DNA of 64,000 nt from an uncultured Oscillospiraceae bacterium. GTDB lineage: Bacteria > Bacillota > Clostridia > Oscillospirales > Oscillospiraceae. Positions 57,344 through 64,000 of the stretch are shown piece after piece. The stretch lies in the NCBI GenBank assembly GCA_964550315.1, contig CAZJYY010000007.1, positions 2,806 through 66,805 on the forward strand. The letters are read 5' to 3'. Every line of letters starts with the position of its first letter. Position 1 is the stretch's first letter. The notes below the pieces were generated by a model that was not told the origin of the DNA, did no database searches, and was given only the letters and a program-made list of their open reading frames with translations. The translations under genes and the position numbers were made by a program.

Positions 57344-58540
57344 TCACCCGGCGATTTGTTGCAAAAGAGCATTCTCCGCTGCCTTAAACTGCGCATCCTT
57401 GTCAAAATCCAGCCGTCCAGCAGCCAAATATGCGGTGTCCTCCTCGCTTAGCTCAACAACCACATCCGGTACAAGTCCACCCTGCTTTGCAAGGTCAACT
57501 CTATTGGGTGTAAGGTAGCCCCTGGTGGAAAGGTGCACCACGCTTCCGTCGGACAGTTCAATATTAATCTGGCTACGTGCCTTTCCTGTGGTGTTTATTC
57601 CAACAACCTTTGCCAAATCGTACTCTGAAAGGGCCGCCGCAAAAAACTCCGCTGCGCTGTAGCTATTGTTGTTCACAAGAACAGCCATTGGAATATCAAC
57701 GCTTCCCTCCGTTGTGGACATAATGGTTTCCGTCCCATTTTTGTCCACGGACACGAATACCTCGCCCTCCGGCATTAGGTGATCAAGTGTTTTGATAAGC
57801 TCGGAAAGAAGGCCGCCGGGGTTATTGCGAACATCAAAAACTATTCCCTTTGCACCCTTTTCAATAAGATCGTCAACGGCTTCGATGGTCATATTACTGC
57901 TTTCGCCTTCAAAGTTTTTTATCTTCACATACCCTATGCCGTCGGACAAAAGTTCATACTTAACCGGCTTTGAAAAAACCAGCCCCGCCTGAACACTTAT
58001 TTCCTGCTCGTCACCGCTTGCATTTATAAGCTTAATATTAAATTTTGTCTCACCCTTTGAGACTACCATTTCCTTAACTGCGCTTATGGTAAGCCCCTTT
58101 AAGCTGACGTCATCAATAGAAACAAGCACATTTCCAATTTCAATCCCCGACGCCTGCGCTGCAGAATCCTCCAAAACCCCTTCAACCACAGGCAGTTCCT
58201 TTTCTTCATCAAGGGCGATGGTTATTCCGATACCGGTATAGCTGTTACTCTGGTATTCCTTATATGCTTCATATTCCTTTTGATTCATATAATAGCTCCA
58301 GCGGTCACCCACTGCCTCGGTAAGCGCTTTATATGCAATATCGGTCATAAACTCCGTGTCGGCTTCACCCACATAGTTGTCTTCAACTACGGATATAATC
58401 TCTGCAAACTTTTTGGCATACTGATATGAATCACGACCGCCTATGGCCGCAATAGCATATCCCCCGCCAAGGGCAACACCTGCCGCAATACTTATAACTA
58501 TCGCTGCTGCAAGTCCTAAAATGCTGACTTTTTTCTTCAT
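57344..58540 (-). CDS. S41 family C-terminal processing peptidase (Ctp)
   Basis: It has a TM anchor, a PDZ region, GIVFDVRNNPGGL and a catalytic Ser context NNNSYSAAEFFA. The ATG at 58538-58540 follows GGAGG. Confidence 0.9.
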   Translation of the reverse strand: MKKKVSILGLAAAIVISIAAGVALGGGYAIAAIGGRDSYQYAKKFAEIISVVEDNYVGEADTEFMTDIAYKALTEAVGDRWSYYMNQKEYEAYKEYQSNSYTGIGITIALDEEKELPVVEGVLEDSAAQASGIEIGNVLVSIDDVSLKGLTISAVKEMVVSKGETKFNIKLINASGDEQEISVQAGLVFSKPVKYELLSDGIGYVKIKNFEGESSNMTIEAVDDLIEKGAKGIVFDVRNNPGGLLSELIKTLDHLMPEGEVFVSVDKNGTETIMSTTEGSVDIPMAVLVNNNSYSAAEFFAAALSEYDLAKVVGINTTGKARSQINIELSDGSVVHLSTRGYLTPNRVDLAKQGGLVPDVVVELSEEDTAYLAAGRLDFDKDAQFKAAENALLQQIAG

Positions 58541-58753
58541 TTGGACCTCCAAAATAAAATAAGCCGCTGCACCTGTAAAAGCAGCGGCTTTTATCATGTG
58601 CGCAGTATTTGTAATTATTCCAAGCAGGCAGCCTATCTGTGTCGCCATGCAGGAATCGCAAATGCTATTGTAGTCAAACTGTTTGTTGTGTTTCCACGCT
58701 TAAAGGAGGGTTAGTATCCAAAAAAGCCTTAAACGGCCACAAAACCATAATTA

Positions 58754-58779
58754 GCCGGGCAGCCGAAAAGCTGCCCGGC
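58754..58779 (-). terminator. hairpin terminator after the coiled-coil M23 peptidase gene
   Basis: GCCGGGCAGC-cgaaaa-GCTGCCCGGC, a 10-bp perfect stem. A T-rich tract follows on the minus strand. Confidence 0.45.
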
Positions 58780-58798
58780 AATATTATATGTATTTTTC

Positions 58799-59989
58799 TT
58801 AGAACTGAGACATGGGGTCGGTGAGAACTCCGCCAAGCTTAATCTCGAAGTGAAGATGCGCACCGGTGGACCAACCAGTTGAACCAACATATCCGATAAC
58901 GTCACCTTTGTTAACTGTTTGCCCGGCGCTGACCGCCATGGAGCTCATATGGGCATACAGTGTGGAGTTTCCGTTGCCGTGGCTGATTACAACATAATTG
59001 CCATAGGAACTGCTGTAAACCGCTGTTACCACCGTTCCGCTGTCCGCTGCCAAAATCTGTGCGCCGTGGGCTGCACCGATATCCACACCGGAGTGGAAAC
59101 GCTGATCCCCGAATATGGGGTGCGTTCTATAGCCATAGGGAGATGAAACATAATAGCTGGAGGGTGTGGGCCAAAGGAAGCTGCCCGTACCGCTTGTAAT
59201 ATTTCCGCCCTGCTGCTGTTGCTGCTGACGCTCCAGCTCCGCAATAAGGGTATCTATCTGGTTGCGTATTGCCTGCTCCTGAGAGGCATTGGCATCAAAC
59301 TGCTTCTGATATTCGGCAATGTCAGAGTCAAGACCGTTTATAACCTCAACTGCATTGTCTATCTGTATTTCAAGCTCTTTTTTCTTTGCTTCAAGCTCTA
59401 CCTTTTTATCTTCATTTTCCTGCTTGGTTGCTTCGTATTCAGCCTTTACCTCTTCAACATGCTGGCGTGCGGCTATGTACTGATCCTCAAGCTTTTTGTC
59501 GTATTCCATTACCATTGTAATGTCGTTCAAAAGGGACAAAAAGTCGGTGAAGCTGCTCGCTTTGAAAAGGACGGAGAAATAAGAAAGCTTGCCGTTTTCC
59601 TCCATTGCTCTCATGCGGACACGAAGAGCTTCCTTCTGAGCTTCTTCCACCTTCTTGGCTTCCTCAAGCTCTGCGGCCTTCTTTTCAATAAGCTTTTCAT
59701 AAAGGTCGATTTGCTCATTTATAAGCTCAATTTCCTGGCGAGCCAGCTCATTTTGCTCATCAAGATAGGTCTTTTTCTCCACCGCTGAGGTCATTTGACT
59801 TTGAAGGTCCGTCAGTTTGTCCTTAATTTCATTTTTCTGCTGATTGATGGCTTCCTGCTGGTTTTTCAACGCATCAATTTGTGACTGGGTCACCGCCTGT
59901 GCACTTCCGAATGCTGTAAGCACAAGGGAGAGCAAAAGGGTGAACACGAGAAGAACACAAATTACACCGGCAATCTTCTTCCTGTTCAT
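58799..59989 (-). CDS. coiled-coil M23 peptidase (EnvC/PcsB-like, FtsEX-associated murein hydrolase or activator)
   Basis: It has a signal or anchor sequence, about 230 aa of heptad-rich coiled coil, then the LytM domain FHSGVDIGAAHGAQILA...HLHFEI. It lies immediately downstream of ftsEX. Confidence 0.88.
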   Translation of the reverse strand: MNRKKIAGVICVLLVFTLLLSLVLTAFGSAQAVTQSQIDALKNQQEAINQQKNEIKDKLTDLQSQMTSAVEKKTYLDEQNELARQEIELINEQIDLYEKLIEKKAAELEEAKKVEEAQKEALRVRMRAMEENGKLSYFSVLFKASSFTDFLSLLNDITMVMEYDKKLEDQYIAARQHVEEVKAEYEATKQENEDKKVELEAKKKELEIQIDNAVEVINGLDSDIAEYQKQFDANASQEQAIRNQIDTLIAELERQQQQQQGGNITSGTGSFLWPTPSSYYVSSPYGYRTHPIFGDQRFHSGVDIGAAHGAQILAADSGTVVTAVYSSSYGNYVVISHGNGNSTLYAHMSSMAVSAGQTVNKGDVIGYVGSTGWSTGAHLHFEIKLGGVLTDPMSQF

Positions 59990-59998
59990 AAAAGCCTC

Positions 59999-60892
59999 CT
60001 AAACCTTGAGATAATTACGAATGGCGATGCTGCCGCCAAATATACCTACAAGCATTCCCACTCCAAGGAAAACAAGTCCCATGGGAACTGCCAGAGTAAC
60101 AAATGGAACAACGCTTACCGCAACTCCTGCAATGCTTGTCATTACCTTTGTTGTAATGACCTCATAAACACCCCACTGAACACCAAAGGCAAGTATTGCG
60201 CCAAAAAGGCCCAAGACAAGACCTTCAACAATAAAAGGTGTTCTAATGAAGCTATTAGTTCCGCCCACCATACGCATAATGGAAATTTCTTCCCTTCTTG
60301 AGAAGGTGGTCAGCTTAACTGTGTTTGTCATAATAAAGACACTTACAAGGCAAAGAATTGCAATAAGGATAACGCTGACTGCACTTACCACATTGCGAAC
60401 CATCACAAAGGTTTTTGAGATTTCAAGCTGGGCGGAAACCTCCGCCACGCCGTCAACCGCCTCAAGCTTTGCCTGAGTTTCCGGCATAAGACCAATGTCA
60501 TCAAGATATATTACATATCTGTGACGCAAAAGAGTGTCTGAGTCCAGACTTTCAAAAAGCTTCTTGTTCTCATAACGGTTCTCGAAGTTTGCATATGCTT
60601 CTTCACGGTCGATAAACTCAACTCTGCTTATGTTTTCGATATGGAGAATTTTCTCCTCCAGCGCTTTCGCTTCATCATAGCTGAGACGCTCATCAACAAA
60701 GGCAAGCATTTCGTTTTCCTTTTCAAGACCGTCAATAAGCCGCTCAACGTTGACAGCAAGAAGGGAGAAGCAGCCCATAATCAAAAGACACGCAGTAATG
60801 ATTGTAACTGACGCAAAGGACATAAAGCCATGGGCAAAAATGCTTTTGAAGCCTTCTTTGAAGAGATAACCGATCTTATTCATGAATGCCAT
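59999..60892 (-). CDS. ftsX: cell division permease FtsX
   Basis: 297 aa with four TM segments and a large first extracellular loop. It overlaps the ftsE stop. Confidence 0.9.
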   Translation of the reverse strand: MAFMNKIGYLFKEGFKSIFAHGFMSFASVTIITACLLIMGCFSLLAVNVERLIDGLEKENEMLAFVDERLSYDEAKALEEKILHIENISRVEFIDREEAYANFENRYENKKLFESLDSDTLLRHRYVIYLDDIGLMPETQAKLEAVDGVAEVSAQLEISKTFVMVRNVVSAVSVILIAILCLVSVFIMTNTVKLTTFSRREEISIMRMVGGTNSFIRTPFIVEGLVLGLFGAILAFGVQWGVYEVITTKVMTSIAGVAVSVVPFVTLAVPMGLVFLGVGMLVGIFGGSIAIRNYLKV

Positions 60893-61571
60893 AGCTATAA
60901 TACCCGTCCATTCCGTCGCTGACTATCGTTCCTGAATCGATTGCGACAACTCGCTTTGAGAAGGAGTTTACCAGCTCCTTTTCGTGGGTGACAACCAAAA
61001 CCGTAGTCCCAAGCTCATTGATTTTCTCAAGAAGCAGCATAAGCTCAAGGCTCTTCACCGGATCCAGGTTACCGGTTGGTTCGTCCGCAATTATAATGGT
61101 GGGACTGTTTACCAATGCCCTTGCAATGGCAACCCTTTGCTGCTCTCCTCCGGAAAGCTCCTGAGGATAACGCTCACCGCAGCCGTCCAAGCCGACAAGC
61201 TGAAGGACATACGGCACCCGTCTTTGGATTTCTTTCTTTCCCGCGCCGACCACACGCATGGCAAACGCCACGTTATCGAACACTGTCTTATCGTCGATAA
61301 GACGGAAATCCTGGAAAATAACGCCTAGTGTACGGCGCAGCATGGGCATCTTTCGGGCCTTTATAGTGCGAAGATTAAAATCATTGACATATATCTCGCC
61401 GTCGTTCGCCCTTACCTCGCCCGTAAGAAGCTTTATGATGGTGGTCTTTCCGCTTCCCGAAGGGCCAACAAGAAAAACAAACTCACCGTCGTTTATTTCA
61501 AGGTCCAGTCCGTTGGCAGCAACCGTGCCGCTATTTTCATAGACCATTGAAACATTGTTCATAGAAACCAT
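60876..61571 (-). CDS. ftsE: cell division ATP-binding protein FtsE
   Basis: GPSGSGKTT Walker A, LSGGEQQRVAIARA signature and IIIADEPTGNLD Walker B. Confidence 0.94.
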   Translation of the reverse strand: MVSMNNVSMVYENSGTVAANGLDLEINDGEFVFLVGPSGSGKTTIIKLLTGEVRANDGEIYVNDFNLRTIKARKMPMLRRTLGVIFQDFRLIDDKTVFDNVAFAMRVVGAGKKEIQRRVPYVLQLVGLDGCGERYPQELSGGEQQRVAIARALVNSPTIIIADEPTGNLDPVKSLELMLLLEKINELGTTVLVVTHEKELVNSFSKRVVAIDSGTIVSDGMDGYYSYGIHE

Positions 61572-61619
61572 TTAAGACTTCCTCCTGTACGGAAACGCCA
61601 CACCGCTCTTCGGTATGAC

Positions 61620-62711
61620 TTATGCTTTCGAATTCTGTGAATTGAGGTACTTCTTAACCATCAAGGCCACCTTAAATACGATGGCGTGATCGAATTCTCT
61701 CAAATCCAGGCCGGTCAGCTTCTTGATTTTTTCAAGTCTGTATACCAGCGTATTTCTGTGTACAAACAGCTTTCTGGAGGTCTCCGACACGTTAAGGTTA
61801 TTCTCGAAGAATTTGTTAATCGTGTAAAGAGTCTCCTGATCAAGGGCCTCAATGGGGCTCTTTTTAAACACCTCGTCAAGGAACATTTCGCAAAGAGTGG
61901 TTGGCAGTTGATAGATAATGCGGCCTATACCAAGGTTTTCATAGTGAATGACGGGCTTGTCTGTCTCGAAAACACGCCCCACCTCAATGGCAACCTGGGC
62001 TTCCTTATAGCGGTCTGCCAGCTCACGAAGGTGGTTAGCCACGCTTCCGATACCAACAACGGTTTTCACCAACAGCTCGTCATTTACAAGCGTACCGATA
62101 TCCTCAGCCAGGCGGCAAATTTCCCTTGTCTCCATTCCCTGATCGATTTCCTTGATGATAACAATGTCCGTTTCGCTCATGGAAAGAACAAAGTCCTTCT
62201 GCTTGTCCGGAAATCTACTCTGAATAAGTTCCAAGGTTGCAACGTCAGTTTTATCTATCTGACGCACAAGAAGCAACGCCCGGGGAACGTCAGTAACAAA
62301 ATCCAGTTCCTTTGCCCTAACGTAAACGTCACCGGGGAGGATATTATCGGAGATGATGTTCTTAACAAAGGTAGACTTGTTGTACTTCTCGTCATAATTT
62401 GACTTTGCTTCATTAAATGCAACTGCGGCCATAATGCAAATACTTCTCGCCACAGAATCCCGTCCCTCGACAAACACTGCGTAGTCGAATCGGGAATTGG
62501 GGCTTCCCAGTATTTTGTAAGTACGGTTTCCGCTAACGAAGAATTGCTCCGGCACTTCCCCGCCAAACCCCTGAATGCTTTCAAGCCTTGTTCCGATATT
62601 GGAAAGCTCACTGCATGCAACAACATAGCCGTCGTTGTCTATAACACCAAGGCTTCTGTCTGTGGCATCCTTCATCTGGACAATAACACTCTGAAAAATT
62701 CTGCTTGACAT
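61620..62711 (-). CDS. PucR/CdaR family transcriptional regulator
   Basis: The C-terminal HTH ETSRKLFVHRNTLVYRLEKIKKLTGLDLREF is typical of PucR-type regulators. Confidence 0.8.
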   Translation of the reverse strand: MSSRIFQSVIVQMKDATDRSLGVIDNDGYVVACSELSNIGTRLESIQGFGGEVPEQFFVSGNRTYKILGSPNSRFDYAVFVEGRDSVARSICIMAAVAFNEAKSNYDEKYNKSTFVKNIISDNILPGDVYVRAKELDFVTDVPRALLLVRQIDKTDVATLELIQSRFPDKQKDFVLSMSETDIVIIKEIDQGMETREICRLAEDIGTLVNDELLVKTVVGIGSVANHLRELADRYKEAQVAIEVGRVFETDKPVIHYENLGIGRIIYQLPTTLCEMFLDEVFKKSPIEALDQETLYTINKFFENNLNVSETSRKLFVHRNTLVYRLEKIKKLTGLDLREFDHAIVFKVALMVKKYLNSQNSKA

Positions 62712-63078
62712 ATTTTAGTCATCCTCCCAAAACTGCTGTAACCAGCGTCAAAACTCATAAACCCTATGTTATCTTATTTATTTGTTTTTTTCAATAGTTT
62801 TTGGAGGATTTTTTGTAAATTTTTTTATGTTTTTGTCGGGTTATTCTCTGTTTTTAATCATTTTGTAAAGCTGTAGCTGTCAAAAATGCCAGTAAAATAA
62901 GCGCTTTTGTTAAAATTGACAACAAAAAGCCTCTTTAACAAAAAATTGACGATGCTCACAGCACCGCCAATTTATATTACGGAAGGCACTTTTGAGCTAT
63001 TCGTATAATATCACAAAAGGCTCCTTCTGTATATTCTCTATATTACCAAAGCTGTCGCCATCAATTTGTAAATGTTTA

Positions 63079-63828
63079 TTACATATTGTTACTTTTTGAA
63101 ATCACGGTTTCAAAAATGCTGTCTATCTCCTTTTGGTCAATTTCCCTGTACTGTCCCTCTTTAAGTCCCTGATCAAGGCTTAGTCCACCTATGGATATCC
63201 TCTTTAATTCCATAACCGGCTTACCTCTCGATGCAAGCATTCGCTTAACCTGGTGGTATTTTCCCTCCTGAATTTCCACAAGACACCTATCATTTTGTCC
63301 CTCGAAAATGGTCAGCTTTGCCGGAAGGCAGAGGGTTCCGTCCCGGAGTTGTACCCCCTCCAGAAACGCCTTAGCATCCCCGTCGTCAAGGATTCCGTCC
63401 ACCCGGGCTTCGTATATTTTACTAACATGTTTTCTCGGTGCTGTTACTGCATGGCAAAAGTCTCCGTCATTTGTAAGCAGTAAAAGTCCTGTGGTGTCCT
63501 TGTCCAGCCTGCCCACGGGGAAAAGTCCTCCGGCAGAAAGCTCCTTGGGCAAAAGGTCAAGCACCGTAACCTGACTTGCGTCCTCTGTGGCTGACACACA
63601 GCCTTTAGGCTTATTCAGCATAAGGTAAATAAGGCCGCCGCTAAGCTTTTTCCCATCAAATAAAACATTGTTCTCCCGGGGCTCAAGCTTAAGCTCAGGC
63701 TGAAGGGAGATTTCTCCGTTCACACGCACCCGTCCTCTTTTTATAGCCTCCCTCGCCTCGCTTCGGCTAAGGCCGCTTCCCTCGCAAAGGAGCTTGTCCA
63801 GTCTTATTTGTGCCACAACACCCTCCAT
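63079..63828 (-). CDS. rsuA: pseudouridine synthase (RsuA/RluB family) with S4 domain
   Basis: It has an S4 domain (RLDKLLCEGSGLSRSEAREAIKRGRVRVNG) and the catalytic motif GRLDKDTTGLLLLTNDG. The ATG at 63826-63828 was chosen; the track start at 63870 is GTG. Confidence 0.9.
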   Translation of the reverse strand: MEGVVAQIRLDKLLCEGSGLSRSEAREAIKRGRVRVNGEISLQPELKLEPRENNVLFDGKKLSGGLIYLMLNKPKGCVSATEDASQVTVLDLLPKELSAGGLFPVGRLDKDTTGLLLLTNDGDFCHAVTAPRKHVSKIYEARVDGILDDGDAKAFLEGVQLRDGTLCLPAKLTIFEGQNDRCLVEIQEGKYHQVKRMLASRGKPVMELKRISIGGLSLDQGLKEGQYREIDQKEIDSIFETVISKSNNM

Positions 63829-63865
63829 AGTTCCCGCGCCGCATACAGGTGCTTCCACGCTCTCT

Positions 63866-63907
63866 GGCACGGCCTGATTGAAAACTTATAATAATCGCTT
63901 TGCGATT
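63866..63907. repeat. direct repeat copy 1 (42 nt)
   Basis: GGCACGGCCTGATTGAAAACTTATAATAATCGCTTTGCGATT, identical to 63957-63998. It contains the mini-palindrome AATCGC-ttt-GCGATT. Confidence 0.8.
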
Positions 63908-63956
63908 TATAGCATGATTTCATCATGCTATAATGCGGCCATGTGCCGTCTCTGAC

Positions 63957-63998
63957 GGCACGGCCTGATTGAAAACTTATAATAATCGCTTTGCGATT
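63957..63998. repeat. direct repeat copy 2 (42 nt, window ends 2 nt later)
   Basis: Identical 42-mer, 91 nt downstream of copy 1. The preceding TCTCTG(AC)GGCAC also resembles 63861-63870. Confidence 0.8.
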
Positions 63999-64000
63999 AT

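Noticed and set aside
63866-64000. CRISPR array at the right edge
   Set aside because: Only two copies are visible, the repeat is 42 nt with a 49-nt spacer, and the window contains no cas genes. The repeat contains promoter-like AT-rich sequence rather than a typical CRISPR repeat. It is reported as a generic direct repeat instead.

Overview
This 64-kb window looks like a Clostridia-type (Firmicutes) chromosome, and most genes are on the minus strand. All calls come from reading the ORF translations and the raw sequence by eye; no database or HMM search was possible.

Core region (about 20.4-64 kb): this is ordinary housekeeping DNA. It holds pgk-tpiA-gpmI-eno, trmL, a surface-glycosylation cassette, nrdG-nrdD-trxB, leuS, rsfS, an LCP protein, a nadD/yqeK fusion, yhbY, rdgB, ftsY-smc, rnc-acpP-plsX, trmFO-topA-dprA, lysS-greA, ftsEX with M23 and S41 peptidases, a PucR-type regulator and rsuA.

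Accessory region (left third):
- A tail of conjugative-element-like genes (ArdA-like, Cys-rich small protein) lies on the 3' side of tRNA-Leu(CAA).
- After three chromosomal genes (GNAT, pdxK-like, pepT) comes a roughly 14.5-kb mobilizable island at about 5871-20352. It carries a large serine recombinase, a TnpW-like protein, a relaxase, MobC and an AAA ATPase.
- The island appears to sit in the loop of a host intrinsic terminator. The two 15-nt stem halves are now 14.5 kb apart.

Best candidate for a novel system: the island's cargo is a tightly overlapping six-gene operon at 13323-19746. It encodes an XRE controller, a Dam/D12-type m6A methyltransferase, a gamma-class NPPW methyltransferase with no nuclease domain, an orphan 197-aa protein, a McrB-like AAA+ with no DNA-binding domain, and a McrC-like PD-(D/E)xK nuclease. 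This is a McrBC-type motor coupled to cognate methylases. It resembles the poorly characterised LlaI/LlaJI/BsuMI type, but in a split form.

Secondary observations: an NrdD with a fused thioredoxin-like domain next to trxB, NrdR-box-like palindromes, a perfect 14-bp operator-like palindrome, a lysine/alanine-rich TopA tail, and a truncated direct repeat at the right window edge.
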